Origin: an uncultured Candidatus Micrarchaeota archaeon
GTDB lineage: Archaea > Micrarchaeota > Micrarchaeia > Micrarchaeales > Micrarchaeaceae
Direction of reading: 5' to 3'
DNA length: 64,000 nt
Assembly: GCA_963741095.1 (NCBI GenBank)
Contig: CAVUGN010000002.1
Coordinates: 32,001 to 96,000, forward strand
The translations under genes were made by a program, and so were the position numbers. Of the stretch, positions 36,717 to 45,296 are shown one piece after another; the first letter of the stretch is position 1; each line of letters opens with the position of its first letter. Below the pieces are notes generated by a model. That model saw only the letters and a list, made by a program, of their open reading frames with translations. It made no database searches and was not told the origin of the DNA.

Positions 36717-37004
36717 ATGGCCGATTACTGGAAGATAGACAAAAAGCTCATAGACCGCATATGCGCAGTCGCAAGGCTGACTCTCACGGAAAAGGAGAAG
36801 GAGATGTACGTTAAACAGCTCCAGGATGTTCTTGAGGCATTCAAGCAGATAGACGGCATAGAATCGAAAGAAAGCCCCGCATTCCATTCGGTTTCAGTCG
36901 AGAACGTGTGGCGCGATGACGTTGCGAAGAAGACCGACTGGGAGCCGCTGGGCAACGCAAAGCAGAAGGAAAACGGCTATTTCAAGGGTCCAAGGATAGT
37001 TTAA
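36717..37004 (+). CDS. gatC: Asp-tRNA(Asn)/Glu-tRNA(Gln) amidotransferase subunit C
   Basis: 'VARLTLTEKE…NVWRDD…GYFKGPRIV'. Confidence 0.92.
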   Translation: MADYWKIDKKLIDRICAVARLTLTEKEKEMYVKQLQDVLEAFKQIDGIESKESPAFHSVSVENVWRDDVAKKTDWEPLGNAKQKENGYFKGPRIV

Positions 37005-38405
37005 GTGGCAGCAAAACGACTCTCGGTCGAAGAGTATTTGAAGGGCGCAAATGAAGGCAGCATTTCGGCAGCCGACTCGATAAAGGAAGCGGTAACAAAG
37101 TCAAGGGGAATACAGAAGAAATATTCGCCATTCATAACGATAAACGACAAGGCAGAAGCATCGAAGACAAAGGGCAGGCTGTACGGCCTTGCGGTCTCGG
37201 TCAAGGACAACATCTGCACCAAGGGCCTTCAGACAACAGCGGGATCGAAGATACTCGAAGGCTACATACCTCCATTCGATGCCACCTGCATCGAGAAGAT
37301 AAAAAACGAGGGAGCAACCATAATCGGGAAGACCGCGCAGGATGAGTTCGGCTTCGGAACATTCTCGGTCAACACTTCACTCACAATACCGAAGAACCCC
37401 TCCGACGTAGAAAGGACCTGCGGAGGGAGCAGCGGCGGCGCGGGTTGCATAACCGCAGCGGCAGATTTTCCGCACGTTGCCATAGCAGAATCAACGGGCG
37501 GCAGCATAACCGCACCAGCAGCGTTCACCAGCACAATAGGACTGACTCCGACATACGGCAGGGTGTCAAGATACGGCTTGATCGATTATTCAAACAGCAT
37601 GGACAAAATAGGTGTATTGGGCAACCGTGTCTACGACTGCGCGCTGATGCTTTCAATAATAGCCGGTCACGACCCGCTTGATTCGACAAGCAGCGAACTT
37701 CCGACTGAAGATTTCACAAAATACCTGAACGCGGACCTCAAAGGCGTCAAGATAGGTATGCCAAAAGAATACTTCTCCGATGGCGTCGACAAAAGGATAT
37801 CAAAGATTGTTAGGGACAAGGCAGCAATGTTGGAATCCCTGGGTGCAAAATGCGAGGAGACCTCCTTACCATCGACCCCATACGCAATCCCGTCGTACTA
37901 TCTGATAGCGGTGAGCGAGGCATCAACGAATCTTGCGAAGTATTGTGGCCTAAGGTACGGGCTCCAGAAAGATATCACCGGAAATTTCGACGAATATTTC
38001 ACGAAAGTCAGGACCGAAGGCTTCGGAGACGAGGCAAAAAGAAGGATCATACTGGGAACATTTGCGAGGATGGCTGGCTTCAGGGACAAGTACTACTTCA
38101 AGGCGCTCAGGATAAGGGCAACAATAATAAAGGAGTTCAAGCAGGCCTTCAAGAAATATGATGCGCTGATAACACCATCAATGCCTGTGGTCCCGCCGAA
38201 ATTCTCTGACATCAAGAACCTCACGCCCCTGCAGAACTATTACATGGATATACTTACGACCGCGCCTAACATGGCCGGAATGCCGACGATATCAATGCCC
38301 ATGGAAAAGGTCGACGGGTTGCCGGTCGGCATGCAGATCATCGCCGACCAGTTCAACGAGGGCAAACTGATAAAGATAGCGCACAAATTCGAGGTTTCAG
38401 CATGA
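37005..38405 (+). CDS. gatA: Amidotransferase subunit A
   Basis: Amidase signature 'VKDNI', 'GGSSGG', 'STGGSI', 'PTYGRVSRYGL'. Confidence 0.95.
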   Translation: MAAKRLSVEEYLKGANEGSISAADSIKEAVTKSRGIQKKYSPFITINDKAEASKTKGRLYGLAVSVKDNICTKGLQTTAGSKILEGYIPPFDATCIEKIKNEGATIIGKTAQDEFGFGTFSVNTSLTIPKNPSDVERTCGGSSGGAGCITAAADFPHVAIAESTGGSITAPAAFTSTIGLTPTYGRVSRYGLIDYSNSMDKIGVLGNRVYDCALMLSIIAGHDPLDSTSSELPTEDFTKYLNADLKGVKIGMPKEYFSDGVDKRISKIVRDKAAMLESLGAKCEETSLPSTPYAIPSYYLIAVSEASTNLAKYCGLRYGLQKDITGNFDEYFTKVRTEGFGDEAKRRIILGTFARMAGFRDKYYFKALRIRATIIKEFKQAFKKYDALITPSMPVVPPKFSDIKNLTPLQNYYMDILTTAPNMAGMPTISMPMEKVDGLPVGMQIIADQFNEGKLIKIAHKFEVSA

Positions 38406-39808
38406 GTGTAATGATAGGATTGGAGGTTCACGTCCAGCTCAACACAGAGAGCAAGCTCTTCTGCAGCGACAGCGTCGACACTCGCAACAAGGCGCCGAAC
38501 GAGAACACCTGCCCGATATGCCTGGGATTCCCGGGATCGAAGCCGAAGCTGAACAAGAAGGTCATAGACTACGCGATAATGACCGGCCTGGCACTTGGAT
38601 GCAGAATACCAGAAGAATCGTTCATGTCAAGGAAGATATACTTCTACCCCGACCTTGCGAAGAACTACCAAATCTCGCAGTACGAATCGCCGCTAGTCGG
38701 CGAAGGTTTCATGAATCTCCCAGATTTGAAGATCAGAATACGAAGGATACACATCGAAGAAGACCCGGCGAAGCTGGTGCACATCGGTGGCGACATCACC
38801 TCGGCGGAATACGTCCTCATAGATTACAATCGTTCGGGCATACCGCTGATGGAGATAGTGACGGAACCGGATTTCACCACACCGAAGCAGGCAAGGCAGT
38901 TCCTGGAGAAACTCTCCTCGATATTAGAGCATCTAAACGTCTACGACGCGAGTAAGGAAATGTCGCTCAGGGTCGATGCAAACGTCTCGATAAACGGGGG
39001 CGAAAGGATAGAGGTCAAGAACATAACGGGATTCGAGAACGTAGAAAAGGCGCTAAATTTCGAGATAATAAGGCAATCAGGAATGGCGAGGATGGAAGTA
39101 AAAATAGAAAGGGAAGTAAGGCACTTCGACGCCGAGACCGGCACGACTAAAGGCCTTAGAAAGAAGGAATACGAGGAGGATTACGGCTACGTCTTCGATC
39201 CAGATCTGCCAATAATAAAAGTCGACAGGGCATGGGTAGAAAAAATAAAGTCGTCGATGCCCGAGCTGCCGGACCAGAGGGTGAAAAGATTCACTTCGCA
39301 GTACAAGCTCAACGAGTACACCGCAAGCGTCCTCATATACACGGACAAACATCTCGCGGATTTCTACGAAGAGTGCTGCAAGCTTTACAAGGATCCGGTC
39401 GTCGTCGCAAACTGGACGACCAACGAGCTGCAGAAGAGCCTGAACTGGAGGTCCGAGCGCATAAACGACTCGAAGGTCAAGCCTAAAACATTCGTGGAGC
39501 TCCTAGAATTAATAGACAGCAAGGAGATAACCGAGCGATACGCCAAGGAACTGGTCAAGGAATACGTCGACACCGGCACATCGCCGAAAGCGCTTGCGAA
39601 GAAGAGCGTAGTCAAGCTGTCCAAGAAGGACCTCGAATCTGCGGTGCAGCAGGCACTAGATAAGAATAAGAAGGCAGTCGAAGAGATAAACTCAGGAAAA
39701 ACCGAGTCGCTCCAGTTCCTCATAGGCCAGGTTCTGGCACTGACTAAGAAACAGGCTGACCCGAAAGAGATTAAAGCACTCATACTAGAGATGCTAAAGA
39801 AACAATAA
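38402..39808 (+). CDS. gatB: Amidotransferase subunit B
   Basis: 'IGLEVHVQL', 'YFYPDLAKNYQISQY', 'DYNRSGIPLMEIVTEPD'. Confidence 0.96.
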   Translation: MSVMIGLEVHVQLNTESKLFCSDSVDTRNKAPNENTCPICLGFPGSKPKLNKKVIDYAIMTGLALGCRIPEESFMSRKIYFYPDLAKNYQISQYESPLVGEGFMNLPDLKIRIRRIHIEEDPAKLVHIGGDITSAEYVLIDYNRSGIPLMEIVTEPDFTTPKQARQFLEKLSSILEHLNVYDASKEMSLRVDANVSINGGERIEVKNITGFENVEKALNFEIIRQSGMARMEVKIEREVRHFDAETGTTKGLRKKEYEEDYGYVFDPDLPIIKVDRAWVEKIKSSMPELPDQRVKRFTSQYKLNEYTASVLIYTDKHLADFYEECCKLYKDPVVVANWTTNELQKSLNWRSERINDSKVKPKTFVELLELIDSKEITERYAKELVKEYVDTGTSPKALAKKSVVKLSKKDLESAVQQALDKNKKAVEEINSGKTESLQFLIGQVLALTKKQADPKEIKALILEMLKKQ

Positions 39809-39815
39809 CAACAAT

Positions 39816-39888
39816 GCCTCGATAGCTCAGTAGGTAGAGCGATCGGCTGTTAACCGATAGGTCGCAGGTCCGAGTCCTGCTCGAGGCG
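39816..39888 (+). tRNA. tRNA-Asn(GUU)
   Basis: GCCTCGA/TCGAGGC acceptor, ATCGG CT GTT AA CCGAT, GCAGG TCCGAGT CCTGC. Confidence 0.92.
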
Positions 39889-39913
39889 CCTTATATTCAG
39901 CACATCGATAACA

Positions 39914-40276
39914 TCAAACAGACAAAGCGACTATGCCTAACACTATCAATGCCATGCCCATCACCTGCGTCTTCTCAGGTTTTTCCCCCAGAAAGAACAC
40001 CCCAAACAAGATAGGGAGCATAACCGCGCCAGAAGTAATCGGTGCGATTATTGCAGCAAAATTGAGCGTGACACCAAGATTGTATGATATGCTTCCGACA
40101 AAATTTGCCAACCCCCCAAGTAAAATAATCAGGCAACCTCCTTTTCCAAACGCCATCAACTTTGTACGTTTGGTGCAACCATAACCAAAAATAAGTATTA
40201 ATGTTATCAGATTCAGTAGAAAAACAGCGTCAAACCAACCAAAACAACCATAAAATAGGTTAATTCTCCATCTCAC
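39914..40276 (-). pseudogene. EamA/DMT transporter fragment (C-terminal half only)
   Basis: 'AAIIAPITS…ILFGVFFLGEKP…GMALIVLGIVALS'; short, AT-rich, no convincing start. Confidence 0.6.
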
Positions 40277-40335
40277 AGAAAGGGTTTTAAGCTTAAAATC
40301 CCCATCAATATTGGATCGGTTTCGGATTGATTTTT

Positions 40336-42249
40336 ATGGTTGAAAATAGGTACGATGCAGAAGACATAATAGTCCTTTCCGGTCCGCAAGGTGTCAGAAA
40401 AAGACCCGCAATGTACGTTGGTTCAACTGGCAGCCGCGGCTTCCTCCATCTTCTCTACGAAGTGCTTGACAATGCGATAGATGAATCGCTCGCCGGATAC
40501 TGCAAGAACATAAAAATAACGCTCACGAAGGACAACGACGTCGATGTCGCAGAGATCAGCGATGACGGCAGGGGAATACCCGTAGACATGATGCACAAGG
40601 AGGGCAAGCCCGCTCTCGAAGTCATCATGACCTCGCTGCATTCCGGCGCGAAGTTCGACAGCAAGATATACCAGGTCGCCGGAGGCCTTCACGGCGTTGG
40701 CCTCACAGTCGTAAACGCCCTTTCGGAATACACCGAAGTCACGATAAAAAGGAACGGGAAGACCTACCAGCAGCTTTTCAAGAAGGGAGAGGCGGCAGAC
40801 GAACTCAAGATAATCAACGAAACCGCGACAGACACCGGAACAACAATCAAATTCAAGCCAGATACGACCATATTCTCGGTAAAGAACTTCGATTCGATGG
40901 AGTTGGTTGAGCGGCTTAGGCAATTGGCATTCCTGAACAAGGGCATAAAGATCGACCTTGACGATGCCAGAGAAACCGGAATAGAAAACAAAGCAACTTT
41001 TGCTTCACAAAAAGGAATTCCAGACTTCCTGGATTTCGTCCGCGGCAGCAAGGTCCCCCTTACAAAGCCTATAATGATAGTAAAGGAAGCCGGCGCGACA
41101 AAGGTGCAGCTCGGAATACAGTACGTCGAAGGGTACAGCGAGGAAATCCTTTCATTCGTGAACAACATAAGGACGGCCGAAGGGGGAACTCACGTTTCGG
41201 GTCTTCATTCCGCGCTGACAAAATCGATTACAAATTACATGCAGAAAAACTCCAAGAAGCTTGGCAAGCAGAAGGCCGAGATAGAAGGGGATGACACCAG
41301 AGAGGGCCTGATTGCAATTCTTTCGATAATGATGCAGAACCCGGAGTTCGAAGGCCAGACGAAAGAGAAGCTGGGCAATCCAAGCATAAAGAGCATAGTC
41401 GACACCGCAGTTTACGCTGCATTATCCCAATACTTAGAAGAGAATCCGCCTGACGCTTTGGGCATAATCCGAAAGGTGCTCGGAGCGGCAGAAGCGAGAG
41501 AGTCTGCGAGAAGAGCGAGGGAGCTCGCTAGGAAGAAGAGCCTGTTCGAAGGCCCGCTTCTGCCGGGCAAGCTGTCCGATTGCACGGAAAGCGACCCGGA
41601 GAAGTCAGAGATATTCATAGTCGAGGGGGAGAGCGCGGCAGGCTCCAGCAAGCAGGGCAGGGACAGGATGTTCCAGGCAATACTGCCACTGAAGGGAAAG
41701 ATACTGAACGTCGAAAAGGCATCCGACGAGAAGATATTCAACAACGCTGAACTGCACTCAATGGTCACCGCATTCGGCGTAGGGATAAGAGAGACGTTCA
41801 ATCCGGAGAATCTTAGGTACAAGAAGGTCATATTACTTACGGATGCGGACGTGGACGGCAGCCACATACGAACGCTGCTGCTCACTTTCTTCTACAGGTA
41901 CATGCGCCCGCTCATCGAGCGCGGCAACATATACATCGCCCAGCCGCCTCTGTACAAGATCACCAAAGGCAAGGAATCGAGGTACATATACTCCGATGCC
42001 CTGCTATCTGGGGAGTTGAAGAACGATCCGAAGGTGGCGATACAAAGATACAAAGGTCTCGGAGAGATGAATCCAGAACAATTGTGGGAGACTACGATGA
42101 ATCCGGCGAACAGGGTGCTCAAGCGAGTTTCGATAAAGGACGCGCAGATCGCAGAGGCGATATTTACGGTGCTCATGGGGGTCGATGTAGAAAAGAGACG
42201 CCACTTCCTGGAAGAGCACTCAACGGAAGTATCGTTCCTGGACGTATGA
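40336..42249 (+). CDS. gyrB: DNA gyrase subunit B
   Basis: 'VRKRPAMYVG', 'EVLDNAIDE', 'GGLHGVG', TOPRIM 'VEGESAAG', 'TDADVDGSHI', 'QRYKGLGEMNP'. Confidence 0.97.
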   Translation: MVENRYDAEDIIVLSGPQGVRKRPAMYVGSTGSRGFLHLLYEVLDNAIDESLAGYCKNIKITLTKDNDVDVAEISDDGRGIPVDMMHKEGKPALEVIMTSLHSGAKFDSKIYQVAGGLHGVGLTVVNALSEYTEVTIKRNGKTYQQLFKKGEAADELKIINETATDTGTTIKFKPDTTIFSVKNFDSMELVERLRQLAFLNKGIKIDLDDARETGIENKATFASQKGIPDFLDFVRGSKVPLTKPIMIVKEAGATKVQLGIQYVEGYSEEILSFVNNIRTAEGGTHVSGLHSALTKSITNYMQKNSKKLGKQKAEIEGDDTREGLIAILSIMMQNPEFEGQTKEKLGNPSIKSIVDTAVYAALSQYLEENPPDALGIIRKVLGAAEARESARRARELARKKSLFEGPLLPGKLSDCTESDPEKSEIFIVEGESAAGSSKQGRDRMFQAILPLKGKILNVEKASDEKIFNNAELHSMVTAFGVGIRETFNPENLRYKKVILLTDADVDGSHIRTLLLTFFYRYMRPLIERGNIYIAQPPLYKITKGKESRYIYSDALLSGELKNDPKVAIQRYKGLGEMNPEQLWETTMNPANRVLKRVSIKDAQIAEAIFTVLMGVDVEKRRHFLEEHSTEVSFLDV

Positions 42250-42261
42250 TTGGTATTTTGC

Positions 42262-44703
42262 ATGGCTGAAACACTGGAAACGACCATTGAGAATGAAATG
42301 CAGTCGAGCTACATCGACTACGCGATGAGCGTGATAATAGGCAGAGCGCTGCCCGATGCAAGAGACGGCCTAAAGCCCGCGCAGAGGAGGATACTCTTCG
42401 CCATGTACAAGCTCAACAACATGCACAACCAGCCGACGAAGAAGAGCGCAAGGATAGTCGGAGACGTGATTGGAAAATACCATCCGCACGGAGACGTCGC
42501 AGTCTATGAGACCATCGTAAGGATGGCTCAGGACTTCTCGATGAACCACACGCTTGTCGAAGGCCAGGGCAACATGGGCTCCATCGACGGCGATTCGGCT
42601 GCGGCACAACGTTACACCGAAATACGATTGAGCAAGATAGCGGAAGAGATGCTCGCGGACATCGAAAAAGAATCGGTGCCGTTCGGCCCTAACTTCGACA
42701 ACACCGAACAGGAGCCGCTTCTGTTACCTACAAAGTTGCCCACCCTCCTGCTTAATGGCGCATCGGGAATAGCGGTCGGAGTTGCGACAAACATACTGCC
42801 ACACAACCTCTCCGAACTGAGCGATGCGGTTGTCGCGTATGTGGCAAACCCCGAGATAAGCATAGAAGAAATCATGACTCACATACAAGGGCCCGACTTC
42901 CCGACCGGCGGCTCCGTCTTCCACAACAACGCGCTCGAGATGTCCTACAAGTACGGCAGGGGATCGGTCATTATAAGGGGCAAGACCGTCGATGAGAAGA
43001 TAGGGAACAGGGAGGCGATAATAATAACCGAAGTCCCCTACACGGTGAACAAGGCCACGATGGTGGAAGAGATAGCGAACCTCGTGAGGAACAAGAAGAT
43101 AACCGGCATATCGGACCTTCGCGACGAAAGCGGTAAGGAGGGCATAAGGGTCGTCATCGAGCTCAAGCAGGATGCAGACAAGGCGGTCCTACTCAGCCAA
43201 CTGTACGCGCACACCAATCTCCAAATCTCGATGCCGGTCATGAACATAGCCGTCCTGGGCAAGGAGCTTCTGACGTTCAACATCAAGCAATTCATCAAGG
43301 TGTTCGTCGACCACAGGGTCAACGTGATAAAGGCAAGGAGCAACTACGACCTGAGGGTCGCTTCGGACAGGCTGCACATCGTCGAAGGCCTTCTGATCGC
43401 GGTCGGCAACATAGACCAGATCATATCACTGATAAAGAAAAGCAAGGACACGAAAGAAGCACGTGCGGCACTGATGAGCAAGTACGAACTGAGCGAGAAG
43501 CAGTCCAACGCGGTTCTCGACATGAAGCTCAGCAGGCTTACCTCCCTCGAGCTGGAGTCCCTGCAAAGCGAAAAAGGCGAGCTCACAAAGAGCATAGACA
43601 ACCTGAAACAGATCCTCTCGGACGACAAGCGCGTCTACCAGATAATCAAGGACGAGACACTGGAAATCAAGAAGCTGTACGGCAAGCCGAGAAAGACGAT
43701 AATAGACTACAACGCCCCGCTGCAGGAATTCAACCAGGAAGAGGTGATACCCGACGACGAGTCGACAGTCATACTCACGAACAACGGCTACGTGAAGCGC
43801 ATGCCGACCAAGGTGTACCGCGAACAGGAGCGCGGCGGCAAGGGCATAATAGCGATAGAGCTCAAGGAGGGCGACTTCGTCAGGCAGATAATCTCCTGCA
43901 GGCTGAAGGATTACCTGTTCCTGCTGTCGAACAAGGGAAGGGCGTACTGGTTGAAGGCATACATGGTCCCCGAAGAGAGCAGGTACGGCATGGGCAAGGC
44001 GCTGGTCAACCTCGTCAAGCTGACGGACGGCGAACGCATACGCGATGTCATCAACACGAAGATATTCTCGAACACCTACCTAAACTTCATGACGACGAAG
44101 GGCAGGGTCAAGCGCGTCAAGGCCGAGCGGTTCTCCAAGCCAAGGGCCAACGGGATAAGGGCGATACCACTCTTCCAGGGCGATGAGCTTGCCGGCGTCT
44201 GCCTGTCAAGCGGCTCGAACGAGCTGTTCATAGGCACGACGATGGGCAAATCGCTAAGGTTCAAGGAGACCGACATAAGGCCGATGGGCAGGGAAGCCCA
44301 CGGGATACGCGGCATAAAGCTGAACGCGAACGATTCCGTGGTCAAGATGGCTGCGGTAATGCCCGAAGACCTCATAGTAACCGTTACTGAAAAAGGATAC
44401 GGGAAGGCGACGCCGGTCAACAAGTACAGGCTGCAGAAAAGGGGCGGCAAGGGCGTAATAAACCTCAAGATAAAGGACAAGACCGGTGCTGTGGTCAAGC
44501 TGCTCACCGCGGCCAATGATGACAACATACTCATGATAAATTCCAAGGGGCTCTCCATAATCTTCCCCGCTTCGAACGTGCGCGTCACCGGCAGGGGCGC
44601 AAGCGGTGTCAGGCTGATGCGGCTGGACCAGAAGGTCAAGGTCGTCGACGCGCAAGCAATGGGCAAATCCGTACCGGTGCCTCAATCGGCTGCGGTCGTG
44701 TAA
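42262..44703 (+). CDS. gyrA: DNA gyrase subunit A
   Basis: '[12 protein letters not shown]', 'YHPHGD', catalytic 'AAAQRYTE', GyrA-box-like 'QERGGKG', C-terminal pinwheel repeats. Confidence 0.97.
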   Translation: MAETLETTIENEMQSSYIDYAMSVIIGRALPDARDGLKPAQRRILFAMYKLNNMHNQPTKKSARIVGDVIGKYHPHGDVAVYETIVRMAQDFSMNHTLVEGQGNMGSIDGDSAAAQRYTEIRLSKIAEEMLADIEKESVPFGPNFDNTEQEPLLLPTKLPTLLLNGASGIAVGVATNILPHNLSELSDAVVAYVANPEISIEEIMTHIQGPDFPTGGSVFHNNALEMSYKYGRGSVIIRGKTVDEKIGNREAIIITEVPYTVNKATMVEEIANLVRNKKITGISDLRDESGKEGIRVVIELKQDADKAVLLSQLYAHTNLQISMPVMNIAVLGKELLTFNIKQFIKVFVDHRVNVIKARSNYDLRVASDRLHIVEGLLIAVGNIDQIISLIKKSKDTKEARAALMSKYELSEKQSNAVLDMKLSRLTSLELESLQSEKGELTKSIDNLKQILSDDKRVYQIIKDETLEIKKLYGKPRKTIIDYNAPLQEFNQEEVIPDDESTVILTNNGYVKRMPTKVYREQERGGKGIIAIELKEGDFVRQIISCRLKDYLFLLSNKGRAYWLKAYMVPEESRYGMGKALVNLVKLTDGERIRDVINTKIFSNTYLNFMTTKGRVKRVKAERFSKPRANGIRAIPLFQGDELAGVCLSSGSNELFIGTTMGKSLRFKETDIRPMGREAHGIRGIKLNANDSVVKMAAVMPEDLIVTVTEKGYGKATPVNKYRLQKRGGKGVINLKIKDKTGAVVKLLTAANDDNILMINSKGLSIIFPASNVRVTGRGASGVRLMRLDQKVKVVDAQAMGKSVPVPQSAAVV

Positions 44704-44769
44704 TAAAATAACGGTTTTCTACAACTAATTCTATCAACCTATCCAGTGCAAGCTAATGCGGGTGGTAGG

Positions 44770-45288
44770 ATGATTTCGGTACTTGCCATTGGCAAGTATA
44801 GCTACTTGAACAGTCTGGACCTGTGCCTTACCGCCAGGGCTTTCGGCGCTTCCGAGATGATGTTCACAAGGCGCAAAGACCAGCGGATAATGCGGTACGT
44901 GGGCAGGATCCAGAAGAACTGGGGCGGGAAGTTCGAAGTTTCCTTCATAAGGAGCTACAAGGAGGCGCTGAAAAGTGCCACAAAATACAAAAAGGTGTAC
45001 CTCACGCGCTACGGCATTCCGCTGAACAAACTGACCTACGTGCTCAACACCTACAAGAACATAATGCTGATAGTCAGTTCTAAGGAGGCTCCCCAAAAGG
45101 TGCTGGACGATCTCGCGGATTTCAACGTCAGCATAACTGAACAGCCGCATTGCAGCGTAGCCTCCATAGCCATTTTCCTGCACGATTTCTACCGCGGAAG
45201 GGAATTTGCAATGCATTTCGAGAACGCAAAATACAAGATTGCCCCGAAAGAGCACGGAGTGAGCGTCGTAAAGACTAATCGAAAGTAG
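44770..45288 (+). CDS. tRNA (cytidine(56)-2'-O)-methyltransferase (aTrm56) homolog, divergent
   Basis: 'LTARAFGA', 'WGGKF', 'YLTRYG', 'LADFNVSITEQPH…ASIAIFL'. Confidence 0.8.
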   Translation: MISVLAIGKYSYLNSLDLCLTARAFGASEMMFTRRKDQRIMRYVGRIQKNWGGKFEVSFIRSYKEALKSATKYKKVYLTRYGIPLNKLTYVLNTYKNIMLIVSSKEAPQKVLDDLADFNVSITEQPHCSVASIAIFLHDFYRGREFAMHFENAKYKIAPKEHGVSVVKTNRK

Positions 45289-45296
45289 ATGCAAGC

